Assembly: GCA_963749425.1 (NCBI GenBank)
Contig: CAVVMK010000003.1
Span: 257,506-321,505 of the forward strand
Source: an uncultured delta proteobacterium
GTDB taxonomy: Bacteria; Desulfobacterota; Desulfuromonadia; Desulfuromonadales; BM103
Length of the DNA: 64,000 nucleotides
Direction of reading: 5' to 3'
The position numbers and the translations under genes are program-made. Below, one piece after another: positions 27,893 through 41,307 of the stretch. Position 1 is the first letter of the stretch. Every line of letters begins with the position of its first letter. The notes below the pieces were generated by a model that saw only the letters and a list, made by a program, of their open reading frames with translations, was not told the DNA's origin and did not search any database.

Positions 27893-27893
27893 G
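27864..27893 (+). promoter_or_regulatory. Array of three same-orientation DnaA boxes at the nth 5' end
   Basis: TTATCCACA (27864, perfect), TTATCCACA (27873, perfect) and TTTTCCACG (27885, 7/9). Starts are spaced 9 and 12 bp apart, identical to the array at 21152. Confidence 0.75.
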
Positions 27894-27901
27894 AGAGCCC
27901 C

Positions 27902-28636
27902 TCACCCCGGGGCCGTTTCCATCCGGCGCGTGGTCAGTTCTGCGAACGGCAGCGACCGCCGGGTATCGGTTACCTGGACCGTCAGCGTCAGGGGCAGATG
28001 GCTGGAGGCCTGCCGCGCCAGATGGCTACGGTTGATGGTACCGTCAAGCACCCGCACGTCGCCAAGCAGATACGCCCGGTCGCGATCGAACAGCGGGCAT
28101 CGCGCCGGGTAGGTCGCACGCCACATCGGGCGCAACGCCGGTCGCAGGGCCGACGCCAGTTCCAGGTTGCCGGCACTCCAGAAATAATCGGCGAAATCTC
28201 CCAGGATCAGAACGGGACAGGTCAGGGACGGGTTGCCGAGCAAGTCGGGACCCAGCAGCCGGGACGTCTGCTGAGAGCGAAACCGGGGTGCCGTTTCGAG
28301 ACGCAGGTTGAGTAAATGCAGACGTTTGTTACCAAGGTCGACATCCGCGCGTAAACAGTAGCCGCCATAGCCGAGATCAAAGAGTTGTACCCCGCGCAAC
28401 GGCAGATGCGAAAGAAAGGCAACCGGCGTGTCGGCCGGAGCACGATAGACCGTCATGCCGAGATGTTCGGCCAGATAGGGAAGCGGGTCGAGCTGGTGGG
28501 GAGCCCCGGTCTCCTGAAGGGCAACGATGTCCGGTGCACTATCGGCGATGACGTCCAGCACCCGCTCGGGGCGGTACTCGCTGTCGGCACCCTGGCAGCG
28601 CTGGATATTGTAGGTCATGATGCGGGCAGTGGTCAT
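27902..28636 (-). CDS. Endonuclease/exonuclease/phosphatase (EEP) family protein
   Basis: The N-terminus MTYNIQRCQG...PDIVALQE is typical of EEP-fold hydrolases. 244 aa. Confidence 0.75.
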   Translation of the reverse strand: MTTARIMTYNIQRCQGADSEYRPERVLDVIADSAPDIVALQETGAPHQLDPLPYLAEHLGMTVYRAPADTPVAFLSHLPLRGVQLFDLGYGGYCLRADVDLGNKRLHLLNLRLETAPRFRSQQTSRLLGPDLLGNPSLTCPVLILGDFADYFWSAGNLELASALRPALRPMWRATYPARCPLFDRDRAYLLGDVRVLDGTINRSHLARQASSHLPLTLTVQVTDTRRSLPFAELTTRRMETAPG

Positions 28637-28805
28637 GACTCATCCAATAACGGCAGCGGTGGCTGGCAGCAGCGTGAGGCTGCGCTCGTCCCCGCACCTA
28701 TCCTCCGGGCAGACTTCGGCAGCTGCGCTCCGCGGGCCTTCCATCCGGCCTTCCTCGCTCGATAGTTACCAAACCATACCGCAAGAACCGTGGACCGACC
28801 ATCGG

Positions 28806-29378
28806 TTACTTGATCCGGCGGATGCCCTTGATCGTTACGGTCTCTACCGGGACATCGCTGAATTGATTGCGTACGCCCGTCGGTGCGGTCCCGATCTTGT
28901 CGACCACGTCCAGCCCCTCGGTCACTTTACCGAAGACCGCATACCCGAATTCCCGCGGGGATGGTGAACGATGATCGAGAAACGGATTGTCCTTGAGGTT
29001 GATGAAGAATTGGCTGGTCGCTGAATTGACGACCCCCGTGCGGGCCATGGCCAGAGTGCCGCGCAGGTTTTTCAGGCCGTTGGCCGCTTCGTTTTTTACC
29101 GGCGGCCGGGTTGGCTTCTGAACCAGGTCGGCGGTAAAGCCCCCGCCCTGGATCATGAAGTCCTTGATCACCCGATGAAAGATGGTGTTCTCATAAAAAC
29201 CCGCATCGACATAGGCAAGAAAGTTGGCCACGGTGGCCGGCGCCTTGCCGCTGTCCAGTTCCACAACGATGTTGCCGTAGCTCGTTTCGATCACGACCTG
29301 CTCGTTGGCCAGCACCGGGGCACCTCCCAGGAGGGCAAGGAGCAGCAGGGCCAGTACCAGCGTAGTGAATTTTTGCAT
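28806..29378 (-). CDS. ppiA: Periplasmic peptidyl-prolyl cis-trans isomerase, cyclophilin type
   Basis: A signal peptide, then [22 protein letters not shown] and SQFFINL cyclophilin motifs. Confidence 0.9.
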   Translation of the reverse strand: MQKFTTLVLALLLLALLGGAPVLANEQVVIETSYGNIVVELDSGKAPATVANFLAYVDAGFYENTIFHRVIKDFMIQGGGFTADLVQKPTRPPVKNEAANGLKNLRGTLAMARTGVVNSATSQFFINLKDNPFLDHRSPSPREFGYAVFGKVTEGLDVVDKIGTAPTGVRNQFSDVPVETVTIKGIRRIK

Positions 29379-29473
29379 GAGCCATCTCCTTCTTCATTGT
29401 CAGGATTTACCAAAGGAAGCCACTTTGCCCGGCGGCTGAAAATCCCTCGCTTAGGGCAGAAACCGGCTTTTCA

Positions 29474-30478
29474 TCAGTCGGAGCCTTCGGCGCGGGGCTG
29501 GCGCATCATCAGTTCACTCACGGCCCGGCGCGGTTCCTTGCCAGTATAGAGAATCTGGTACATCTGTTCGGTTATCGGCATCATCACCCCAAGTTTCTGC
29601 GCCAACTGATAGGCGGACTCGGTGGTTTTCACCCCTTCCGCCACCATGTGCATCTCCCCGAGGATGTCACCGAGTTTGCGGCCGCGTCCCAGTTCGATCC
29701 CGACGCTCCGGTTTCGGGAGAGATCACCGGTACAGGTCAGCACCAGGTCGCCCATGCCAGCCAGGCCGGCAAAGGTTTCCGCCTGCGCGCCCTTGGCGAC
29801 GCCGAGGCGGGCCATTTCCACCAGACCGCGGTTGATCAGGGCCGCCCGGGCGTTATGACCGAAGCCGAGGCCATCGCTGATCCCGGCGGCCAGCGCGATG
29901 ACGTTCTTGATCGCCCCGCCCAGTTCGACACCAACTACGTCAGGGTTGGTATAAACGCGAAAGTAATCGGTATGAAAGAGTTTCTGGGTGGTGCGCGCCA
30001 CCTCGCCATCGGTAGCGGCGACCGCTACCGCCGTGGGGAGTTCGGCGGCCACTTCCCTGGCGAAGGACGGCCCGGAGAGATAAGCGCAGCGACCGGCGAC
30101 GACCGGACCCAGCAGTTCCTCGAATAATTCCGACATCAGCAGCAGGCTCCGGTTTTCAATCCCCTTCGCCGCGGAGACCAGCAGACAGCCGCCGGCAAGA
30201 TGCGGACGCAGCTGCTCGACCACGTTGCGCATCACTTGCGATGGCGAGACCAGCACCAGCGCTTGCCGCCCAACGACCGCCTCGGCCAGGTTGCTGGTGA
30301 AGGTCAGCCGTTCATCGAGAGGCACTCCGGCAAGAAACAGGTCGTTGACCCTGGTCGCGCGCAGACGCTCCGCCAGGTCCTGCTCATAAACCCAGAGGGT
30401 GGTTGCCACCCCTTTCTTGGCCAGCAGGTTGGCCAGGGTCGTTCCCCAACTGCCGGCGCCGATGACTGCAATCCGCAT
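29474..30478 (-). CDS. gpsA: NAD(P)H-dependent glycerol-3-phosphate dehydrogenase
   Basis: MRIAVIGAGSWGTTLA (Rossmann motif), GAIKNVIALAAGISDGLGFG and RNRSVGIELGRG motifs. 334 aa. Confidence 0.93.
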   Translation of the reverse strand: MRIAVIGAGSWGTTLANLLAKKGVATTLWVYEQDLAERLRATRVNDLFLAGVPLDERLTFTSNLAEAVVGRQALVLVSPSQVMRNVVEQLRPHLAGGCLLVSAAKGIENRSLLLMSELFEELLGPVVAGRCAYLSGPSFAREVAAELPTAVAVAATDGEVARTTQKLFHTDYFRVYTNPDVVGVELGGAIKNVIALAAGISDGLGFGHNARAALINRGLVEMARLGVAKGAQAETFAGLAGMGDLVLTCTGDLSRNRSVGIELGRGRKLGDILGEMHMVAEGVKTTESAYQLAQKLGVMMPITEQMYQILYTGKEPRRAVSELMMRQPRAEGSD

Positions 30479-30490
30479 GGTCTTCTGCCC

Positions 30491-31381
30491 TTATCTCCCC
30501 GTATGCTTCTTGTCGATCCGGCCGCGCAGGTGGGCAATCCGTTGGGACAGGGCCTCCTGATTGGGATAGACCCCCTGCAACTCCTCGAGAATGACCAAGG
30601 CATCGCGCAACCGTTCGCGCTCCTCGAGTACTACGGCCAGGCCGAAGCGTGCCTCGACGGCATAGGGGCTTTGCGGCCAGCGCGTCGAGACTTCGCGATA
30701 GGCGCTCATGGCTTTTTCCGGAGACCCTTCCAAAGCATGGGTCATGGCAATCCTGAACTGCACCTCCGGTGCCAACGTACTCGCCGGATAGCTGCGCAGC
30801 AGATTTTCGAACTCGATGCGCGCCTGTTCAAAGTTATTCAGGCGGAAGTAGCTGTCGGCCACCTCGTACTGCAGGCGGTCGGCATTCTCTTCATTGTCCT
30901 CGATCAGTCGCTGATAGGCCATGATCGCCCGCGATTGATCCTCCAGGCGGTACTTGTAAAGCTCCGCGACCTGCCGCCGCGCCTCGGTTGCCTCTGGCGA
31001 ATCCGCATAGTCCCGCTCCAGGCTCAGATAGTCGCGCAGCGCCTCCTGATAGCGCCCCAGGCCAAGCTGCTGCACCTGCGCAGCCTGCAGCAATGCATCG
31101 GGCGCCCGCACGAACTCCGGGTGACCGGCCTGAAGGTCCCGAAACACCTTGACCGCGCCGGCAAAGTCCCCGGCAGCACGCAGTGCCAACCCTTTCTGGT
31201 AGCGCTGCTCAAGCAGCCCGTCCAGGCTGACCCGGTACCAGACCACCCCTCCCAACAGCGCGGCCAGCAGAATGACGGCGCCCAGCAGCAGTCGAGGGTA
31301 TCTAGGCTTCTTCCGGCGGCGGCGCAACTCCTCCCAGAGGAGTTGCTTCTTCATTTTCTCGATCTGTTTCGTCGTCATCAC
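30491..31381 (-). CDS. Membrane-anchored tetratricopeptide-repeat protein
   Basis: A basic N-terminus plus one TM helix ([17 protein letters not shown]), followed by several TPR-like repeats. The start ATG 31381 (GGAG 5 nt upstream) lies 80 nt inside the gyrA 3' end. Confidence 0.6.
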   Translation of the reverse strand: MMTTKQIEKMKKQLLWEELRRRRKKPRYPRLLLGAVILLAALLGGVVWYRVSLDGLLEQRYQKGLALRAAGDFAGAVKVFRDLQAGHPEFVRAPDALLQAAQVQQLGLGRYQEALRDYLSLERDYADSPEATEARRQVAELYKYRLEDQSRAIMAYQRLIEDNEENADRLQYEVADSYFRLNNFEQARIEFENLLRSYPASTLAPEVQFRIAMTHALEGSPEKAMSAYREVSTRWPQSPYAVEARFGLAVVLEERERLRDALVILEELQGVYPNQEALSQRIAHLRGRIDKKHTGR

Positions 31382-33884
31382 GCTCCGCCAGCTTGGCTAC
31401 CGCCACGATCCTTTCGTGCTCCTCGGTGACCATCAGGCGCACCCCCTGGGTGTTGCGGCCGATGACCCGGGTATCGGTGATCCGGTTGCGAATGATCTTT
31501 CCCTGATCAGTGATCAACATCAGGTCGTTGTCGTCAGTCACCTGCTTGATCGCCACCACGCAGCCGTTGCGCTCGGAGGTCTTGATGGTGATCACTCCCT
31601 TGCCGCCACGGCTCTGCACCCGGTACTCACCGAGTTCGGTGCGCTTGCCGAAGCCGTTCTCGGTAACCGTAAAGATGGTCGACGAGGCGGTTTGCGGGTT
31701 GATGACCTCCATGCCGATGACCACGTCGTCGCCCTCCAGCGTCATGCCGCGCACCCCGCGGGTATCACGCCCCTGGGCACGGGTATCGGCCTCGCGGAAG
31801 CGGATCGACTTACCGTTCTTCGATGCCAGCAGCACGTCCTGGCGACCGTCGGTGAGGGCCACGCCGATCAGCGAGTCCCCATCGTCGAGGTTGATGGCGA
31901 TGATCCCGCCGGAGCGGATGTTGGCATAGTTGCTCAGGGCACTCTTCTTCACCACCCCCAGACGGGTCCCCATCAGCAGGTTGCGCTCCTCGTCGAAGAG
32001 CCCCTTGATCGAGAGGATCGCCGCGACCTTCTCGCCATCGGCAAGGTTGAGCAGATTGACGATGGCCTTGCCGCGCGCCGCGCGCCCTCCTTCCGGAATC
32101 TCGTAGACCTTGCGCTGGTGGACCCGGCCGGTGTCGGTGAAAAACAGCATGTTGTCCTTGCTGGAGGCAACGAACAGCTGTTCGACGAAATCCTCCTCCT
32201 TGGTCTTCATGCCGGTCTTCCCTTTGCCGCCGCGGCGCTGGGAACGGTAGAGCGAGGCCGCCGTACGCTTGATGTAACCGGTATGGGAGATGGTCACCAC
32301 CATATCCTCCTCGACGATCGTGTCTTCGAGGGTAATCTCTCCGGTCTGGTCGACGATCTGGGTGCGCCGTTCGTCACCGAACTTCTCCTTCAGCTCGCGC
32401 AGCTCGGTGATGATGATATTGAGGAGTTCGGCTTCAGAGGCGAGAATTTCCTTGAGGCGCGCGATCAGACCGAGGATGTCGGTATATTCCTGGAGGATCT
32501 TGTCGCGCTCCAGACCGGTGAGGCGCTGCAGGCGCATCTCGAGAATCGCCTGGGCCTGCTTCTCGGAAAGCTGCACGCTCGGGGCATAGCGGCGCTGTTC
32601 CACCGGCAGACCGAGCTGCTTGATGAATGCCGGGTCGGAGAAATTCCCCTCCATCAGGCCATTCTTGGCTTCTTCGGGATTGCGGGCGGCACGGATCAGT
32701 TCGATCACCGCGTCAAGCCAGTCGAGAGCGGTCTTGAGACCTTCCAAAATGTGCGCCCGCGCCTCGGCCTTCTTCAACTCGAAGAGGGTGCGCCGGGTGA
32801 CAATCTCGCGACGATGTTCGATGAAATAGCCGATGGCGTCGCGCAGGGTGAGCACCTTCGGCCGGCCGGCGACGATCGCCAGCATGTTGATGCCGAAGGA
32901 GCACTGCATCTGGGTCAGCTTGTAGAGGTGATTCAGAATGATCTGCGGTTCCTCGTCGCGCTTCAGCTCGATGACGATGCGCATGCCGTCGCGGTCGGAC
33001 TCGTCGCGGATGTCGGATATTCCCTCCAGACGCTTCTCTCTCACCAGCTCGGCGATCTTGGTGATCAGGTTCGCCTTGTTGACCTGGTAAGGGATTTCGG
33101 TGACCACGATCGACTGGCGGTCGTTCTTCTTCTGGGTTTCGACGAAGGCGCGGGCCCGCATCTGCACGATGCCGCGGCCGGTGCGATAGCCTTGCAGAAT
33201 CCCTTCGCGGCCGTAGATGAAACCGCCGGTGGGGAAGTCCGGTCCGGGGATCAGGGCGAACAGCTCGGCAAAGGTGAGCTGCGGCTTCTCGATCACCGCA
33301 ATGATCCCGTCGATGACTTCCGACAGGTTGTGCGGCGGGATATTGGTGGCCATGCCGACGGCGATCCCCGACGAACCGTTGACCAGCAGGTTCGGGAACT
33401 TGGCGGGGAGGACCAGCGGCTCGGTCATGGAGCCGTCGTAGTTCGGCCCCATCTCCACGGTTTCCTTGTCGAGATCGTCAAGGAGCTGGTGGGCGAGCTG
33501 CTCCATGCGAATCTCGGTGTAGCGCATCGCCGCCGGAGCATCGCCGTCGACCGAGCCGAAGTTGCCCTGGCCGTCGACCAGCGGGTAGCGCAGGGAGAAG
33601 TCCTGGGCCATGCGCACGATGGTGTCGTAAGCCGCCGAATCCCCATGCGGATGGTACTTGCCAATCACGTCGCCGACCACGCGGGCCGACTTCTTGTAAG
33701 GCTTGTTCCAGTCGTTGCTCATCTCGTGCATGGCGAACAGGCAGCGCCGGTGCACCGGCTTGAGCCCGTCACGCACGTCGGGAAGCGCCCGGCCGATGAT
33801 GACGCTCATGGCATAATCCATGTACGAGCGCTTCATCTCGTCTTCGATGTTGACGGCAGTCTTGTTGATGGTGGTTTCGAGCAT
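31302..33884 (-). CDS. gyrA: DNA gyrase subunit A
   Basis: 860 aa with [24 protein letters not shown] and [14 protein letters not shown] (QRDR region), C-terminal beta-pinwheel repeats and an acidic tail. Confidence 0.97.
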   Translation of the reverse strand: MLETTINKTAVNIEDEMKRSYMDYAMSVIIGRALPDVRDGLKPVHRRCLFAMHEMSNDWNKPYKKSARVVGDVIGKYHPHGDSAAYDTIVRMAQDFSLRYPLVDGQGNFGSVDGDAPAAMRYTEIRMEQLAHQLLDDLDKETVEMGPNYDGSMTEPLVLPAKFPNLLVNGSSGIAVGMATNIPPHNLSEVIDGIIAVIEKPQLTFAELFALIPGPDFPTGGFIYGREGILQGYRTGRGIVQMRARAFVETQKKNDRQSIVVTEIPYQVNKANLITKIAELVREKRLEGISDIRDESDRDGMRIVIELKRDEEPQIILNHLYKLTQMQCSFGINMLAIVAGRPKVLTLRDAIGYFIEHRREIVTRRTLFELKKAEARAHILEGLKTALDWLDAVIELIRAARNPEEAKNGLMEGNFSDPAFIKQLGLPVEQRRYAPSVQLSEKQAQAILEMRLQRLTGLERDKILQEYTDILGLIARLKEILASEAELLNIIITELRELKEKFGDERRTQIVDQTGEITLEDTIVEEDMVVTISHTGYIKRTAASLYRSQRRGGKGKTGMKTKEEDFVEQLFVASSKDNMLFFTDTGRVHQRKVYEIPEGGRAARGKAIVNLLNLADGEKVAAILSIKGLFDEERNLLMGTRLGVVKKSALSNYANIRSGGIIAINLDDGDSLIGVALTDGRQDVLLASKNGKSIRFREADTRAQGRDTRGVRGMTLEGDDVVIGMEVINPQTASSTIFTVTENGFGKRTELGEYRVQSRGGKGVITIKTSERNGCVVAIKQVTDDNDLMLITDQGKIIRNRITDTRVIGRNTQGVRLMVTEEHERIVAVAKLAERDDDETDRENEEATPLGGVAPPPEEA

Positions 33885-33972
33885 GAAAATCCTCAGTTAA
33901 ACGTTAAAGTTAAACCTTCCAAGTCAATTGTCTTTTCGTTTTACATTTCACGTTTTACTTTTCATCACAGAC

Positions 33973-37465
<3,493 letters not shown>

Positions 37466-37524
37466 ACTCGATAAACTGCCAGATTCGTCAAGAGGGTAGC
37501 CCCCGGTCGATCAGCGGTTCACCG

Positions 37525-38643
37525 CTATAGCCGCATGGGCATGACTACGGCAATGAACCCCTGGTCTTTCTCGGGGCGAAGCAACCCTGGAGAAAGATGA
37601 TCCTTGAAGATCATTCTCACCCGCAAGTCATCCTGCACCTGAAGAATATCGAGGAGATAACGAGCATTGAAGCCAATCGTCATCTCCGTTCCCTGGTAAT
37701 CGAGATCAAGCTCTTCCCGGGCATCGCCAAGTTCCGGGTTTGACGAAGAGACTTCCAGAAGGCCCGGTTTCAGCGACATCTTCACCCCTCTGGATTTTTC
37801 GCTGGAGAGGATCAGCATGCGTCGCAGGGCATGCAGGAACGGGTCGACGGCAATCGAGGCTTCCTGGTCGTTGTTCTTGGGAACGACCCTTTCGTAATCC
37901 GGAAAATCTCCATCGACCAGACGCATGACGATGATCGTCTGTTCCTTGCGAATCACCGCGTTGTTATCCTGAAAACCGAGAGTCAGGTCGCCATCACCTT
38001 CCTCGGCGAGCCGTTTCAATTCAAGCACGCCCTTGCGCGGCAAGATCAAGCCTCGCTTGAGAGCCTCTGGGGGATTCCCGGCAATGGGCTTGTCGATCAG
38101 CGACAAGCGATGACCATCGGTCGCCACCAGTCGCAACATGGCGCCGTCTGCACCTTCGGAGGCCTTTAAGTAAATACCGTTCAGGTTATATTTACTTTCA
38201 TCCTGTGACATGGCGAAGAAGGTTTTTTCGATGACCTCCTTGCATAAAGAGCTGGAGAGGGCAATACCGTTACCTTGATCTGGCTGGGGAAACTTGGGGA
38301 ATTCATCCGCCGTCAGACCGACGATGTTGAATTGGGTCTTGCCACAGCGCACTTCGATCCAGCAGTTGTCCTTGGCCTGAAACGAAATTTCCCGGTCGGG
38401 GAGTTCCTTGATGATCTCATAAAGTTTTTTTGCCGACACCGTGATTTTCCCGGGTTTGGCGATATTGGCCGGGTAACTGGAGCGCATGCCGACTTCAAGG
38501 TCAGTGGCGGTCACATGCAACTCACCGTCACTGCCCTCGAGAAGCACATTCGCCAGAATCGGAATGGTGTTACGTTTTTCGACAATTCCCTGAATACGCC
38601 CAAGACTTTTCAGAAAGATCTCTTTTTCGATAGTGAAGTTCAT
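37525..38643 (-). CDS. dnaN: DNA polymerase III beta sliding clamp
   Basis: MNFTIEKEIFLKSLGRIQGIVEKRNTIPILANVLLE; the start ATG 38641-38643 lies 7 nt after GAAGGAG. 372 aa. Confidence 0.96.
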   Translation of the reverse strand: MNFTIEKEIFLKSLGRIQGIVEKRNTIPILANVLLEGSDGELHVTATDLEVGMRSSYPANIAKPGKITVSAKKLYEIIKELPDREISFQAKDNCWIEVRCGKTQFNIVGLTADEFPKFPQPDQGNGIALSSSLCKEVIEKTFFAMSQDESKYNLNGIYLKASEGADGAMLRLVATDGHRLSLIDKPIAGNPPEALKRGLILPRKGVLELKRLAEEGDGDLTLGFQDNNAVIRKEQTIIVMRLVDGDFPDYERVVPKNNDQEASIAVDPFLHALRRMLILSSEKSRGVKMSLKPGLLEVSSSNPELGDAREELDLDYQGTEMTIGFNARYLLDILQVQDDLRVRMIFKDHLSPGLLRPEKDQGFIAVVMPMRL

Positions 38644-38658
38644 GGCCGGCTCCTTCAA

Positions 38659-38891
38659 GAAATACTGATAAACATAGTCTATGAATATTGTTTTAAATCT
38701 TTTTAGTTAGTCGTAGTAGTAACGGCTGTGAACTCGTGGGTAACCTGCTTATTTTTAATAATTACGAATAGTTATCCTGTTAATAAAATCTCGTCCGAGC
38801 TTGTGTTCAGCTTGTTGACAGGGAAGGGTCTCATTTGTCCACAGCCTTGTCCGCAGTCAAACAACCTGCTTTTACACGTGGTTGTCAACAC
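38659..38891. other. dnaA-dnaN spacer with a DnaA-box cluster and an AT-rich tract (candidate oriC component)
   Basis: DnaA-box-like 9-mers are TTATCCTGT (38772), TTGTCCACA (38835), TTGTCCGCA (38847) and TTGTCAACA (38882). An AT-rich stretch CTTATTTTTAATAATTACGAATAG lies at ~38748-38771. Confidence 0.5.
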
Positions 38892-40262
38892 TCAAGCAGT
38901 CAATGAATTTTTGAGCATCTCAATGGTCTGACGCAATTGAAAATTTTCGCTGGTGAGTTTATCAACCTTGCGAATCGCATGGATAATGGTCGAGTGATCC
39001 TTCCCCCCGAAGCGTTCACCAATTTCCGGATAGGAGGCGGAAGTCAATTGTCGTGCCAGGTACATGGCAATCTGCCGGGGAAGCACCACGGCCTTGAGTC
39101 GTTTAGGTGATTTCAGATCACTGACCTTGACGTTGAAGTGAATGCCGACCCGTTTGATGATTTCCTCGACGGAAATTTCCCGGCTGCGTTCAACCAGAAT
39201 ATCCTTGAGAACTTTCCTTGCGGTTTCCAGGTTGATCGGTGTCGCCGTCAGGCTGGAGTAAGCTCCGAGCCGGACCAGGTAGCCTTCCAATTCCCGGACA
39301 TTGCTGCAGGATGCATTTGCCAGAAACAAGGCAACATCTTCAGGCAGACTGATCTTGTTCTGCTCCGCCTTCATTTTCAGGATCGCCTGCTTGGTTTCCA
39401 CATCGGGTGGCTGGATGTCGGCAATCAGTCCCCATTCGAAACGTGAGCGAAGTCTCTCTTCCAGACCAGGTATCTCCTTGGGGAATTTATCCGAAGTAAC
39501 GACGATCTGCTTGTGTGATTCATAGAGCGTGTTGAACGTATGGAAAAACTCCTCCTGGGTGCGCTCCTTGCCGGCAATGAACTGGATATCGTCGATGAGC
39601 AGGATATCCATTGATCGGAATTTTTTGTGAAATTCATCCATTCGTTGATAGCGGAGCGAATTGATCAACTCATTGGTGAATTTTTCAGAAGTGTAATAAC
39701 ATATCCTCATGGCCGGGGTTTTTTTAAGAATGGCGTTGCCGATGGCGTTGATCAGGTGGGTTTTACCCAACCCGACACCACCGTAAATAAACAGGGGATT
39801 GTAAGTTGTAGCCGGATTATTGGAAACCGCCAGGGCTGCGGCAAAGGCAAACTGGTTCGACGACCCGGAGACAAACTCATCAAAGGTATACTTGCGGTTG
39901 AGGTTGATTTCAGTCTGCCATTCCTGCTGGGGGATGGTTTCGCTTTGCCGGGGCGCGGGTTCCTTGCTGCCGGGGCGCAGTCGTGAATCCTTTTTGGATT
40001 TTTCCGGATCCAGGCTGGCGACATCGATTTGCAGGCGGTAAGAGACAGCTGACAATTCCGAAAGGACCTGTTGAATCAATTTGGCGTAGTTGTCCTTGAC
40101 CCAGTCGAGAATAAAGCGATTGGGAACTTCCAGTACAATCAGGTCGCGGTCGATGTTTACCAGGCGAAGCGGTTTGATCCATGTCGCAAAATGCTGTGGA
40201 TTGAGATTGGCTTCGAGATGCACCAGGGCATCCTGCCAAAGCTTATTCATATTGACGTCCAT
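38892..40262 (-). CDS. dnaA: Chromosomal replication initiator protein DnaA
   Basis: Walker A GGVGLGKTHL, IDDIQFIAGKE, and the C-terminal DNA-binding helix KDHSTIIHAIRKV. The start is ATG 40262 (MDVNMNKLWQ) or ATG 40250. Confidence 0.97.
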   Translation of the reverse strand: MDVNMNKLWQDALVHLEANLNPQHFATWIKPLRLVNIDRDLIVLEVPNRFILDWVKDNYAKLIQQVLSELSAVSYRLQIDVASLDPEKSKKDSRLRPGSKEPAPRQSETIPQQEWQTEINLNRKYTFDEFVSGSSNQFAFAAALAVSNNPATTYNPLFIYGGVGLGKTHLINAIGNAILKKTPAMRICYYTSEKFTNELINSLRYQRMDEFHKKFRSMDILLIDDIQFIAGKERTQEEFFHTFNTLYESHKQIVVTSDKFPKEIPGLEERLRSRFEWGLIADIQPPDVETKQAILKMKAEQNKISLPEDVALFLANASCSNVRELEGYLVRLGAYSSLTATPINLETARKVLKDILVERSREISVEEIIKRVGIHFNVKVSDLKSPKRLKAVVLPRQIAMYLARQLTSASYPEIGERFGGKDHSTIIHAIRKVDKLTSENFQLRQTIEMLKNSLTA

Positions 40263-40286
40263 GGGACTTCCCAACGCAGGCACCAA

Positions 40287-40549
40287 CCGGGCGGGCTATT
40301 TATCCACAAGCTTATAAACACCTGTGGATAAAAAAATACCTGTTTTTTCAATGGGTTTTATAAAAATTCAAAACAGCGGCATTGGCAACAAACTAACAAA
40401 TTAGGCAGCTTGATTGCAAGGAAAAACTGTGCCGCAACACAAGCTCGATCCTTCGCAAAGATTTTCTTTTCTTGACTTGTCAGGGTGGTTGTGCATAAAA
40501 ATGCCCTTTGCGAAAAAGCAGTATTTCCAATCAGGAGTGACAGTCGGCT
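40287..40549. other. dnaA-rpmH divergent spacer: inverted perfect DnaA boxes plus an AT-rich tract (candidate oriC / dnaA autoregulatory region)
   Basis: TTATCCACA at 40300-40308 and TGTGGATAA at 40323-40331 (both perfect), followed by AAAAAATACCTGTTTTTTCAATGGGTTTTATAAAAATTCAAAAC. The gene-strand polarity of the whole window switches here. Confidence 0.6.
40472..40500 (+). promoter_or_regulatory. Candidate sigma70 promoter of rpmH-rnpA
   Basis: TTGACT (40472-40477), 17 nt, ATAAAA (40495-40500), ~50 nt upstream of the rpmH ATG. Confidence 0.4.
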
Positions 40550-40699
40550 ATGAAACGCACCTATCAACCGAGCAAAATAAGACGTAAAAGAACTCACGGT
40601 TTTCGGGCGCGGATGCGCACCAAGGATGGCGTCAATGTCATCCGGCGGCGGCGTGCCAAGGGTCGCAAGCGGCTGGTGGTGACCATTCCGACCAAGTGA
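40550..40699 (+). CDS. rpmH: 50S ribosomal protein L34
   Basis: Too short for the ORF track. It translates to [49 protein letters not shown] (49 aa), the canonical L34 sequence. Confidence 0.96.
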   Translation: MKRTYQPSKIRRKRTHGFRARMRTKDGVNVIRRRRAKGRKRLVVTIPTK

Positions 40700-40709
40700 T
40701 ACCCGGCCC

Positions 40710-41075
40710 ATGGCCACTCGGCCTGATCAGGGCTTTCCGCCAAGTTGTCGTCTACGGTCTTCCCGGGAGTATACGCATGTGTGGCGGCGGGGTCGACGTT
40801 GCCACACGGCCCATCTTATCGTGATCGCACTTGCCGGGTCCGCCACCGGGACACGTTTAGGAATAAGTGTAGGCCGCAAGGTCGGCAACGCCGTCTGTCG
40901 CAATCGTATAAAACGCTGGATACGTGAATACTTTCGACATCACCGTGCGGTCATTGCAACCCGTACGGACCTTTCGGTGGTGGTCAAGCCCGGGACAGCC
41001 GGTCTTGGTCACGTCCAACTCGAGCAGGAACTCGACGAGGCCTTTCGCCGCCTCATGGTCTACGGGGATGCTTGA
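40710..41075 (+). CDS. rnpA: Ribonuclease P protein component
   Basis: 121 aa, basic, with LRSSREYTHVWRRGRR and the RNR-like GNAVCRNRIKRWIRE motif. It directly follows rpmH. Confidence 0.9.
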   Translation: MATRPDQGFPPSCRLRSSREYTHVWRRGRRCHTAHLIVIALAGSATGTRLGISVGRKVGNAVCRNRIKRWIREYFRHHRAVIATRTDLSVVVKPGTAGLGHVQLEQELDEAFRRLMVYGDA

Positions 41076-41280
41076 GCGAATTATTCTTGGAGCGATAAGC
41101 CTCTATCGCAGGTTCATCTCGCCTCTGAAGCCGCCGACTTGCCGGTTTCATCCTTCTTGCTCCGCCTATACCCGCGATGCAATTTTGCGCTATGGCCTGG
41201 GGATGGGCTGCTGGCTGGCCGCAAAACGCCTGGCCCGCTGTCACCCCTGGCATCCGGGCGGTTACGATCCGGTCAAATGA
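41068..41280 (+). CDS. yidD: Membrane protein insertion efficiency factor YidD
   Basis: MLERIILGAISLYRRFISPLKPPTCRFHPSCSAYTRDAILRYG... (70 aa). It overlaps the rnpA stop by 8 nt. Confidence 0.9.
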   Translation: MLERIILGAISLYRRFISPLKPPTCRFHPSCSAYTRDAILRYGLGMGCWLAAKRLARCHPWHPGGYDPVK

Positions 41281-41307
41281 CGGGACACCGTCAGGAGAGA
41301 GAGTGTC

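Noticed and set aside
28637-28805. 169-bp GC-rich spacer upstream of the EEP-family gene, with fragments (AGGTGCGGGGA, GCCAGCCACCGCTG) reminiscent of cobalamin riboswitch blocks
   Set aside because: The fragments are short, in the wrong order and spacing, and the downstream gene has no B12 link. This is most likely chance similarity in GC-rich DNA.
33885-33972. AT-rich gyrB-gyrA spacer with repeated GTAAAACG / TTTAAC motifs and a TTTCACG half-parS-like string, considered as an origin element or parS
   Set aside because: It has no DnaA boxes, and only half of the parS palindrome is present. The simplest reading is a gyrA promoter/leader (a TTGACT -35-like hexamer is present).
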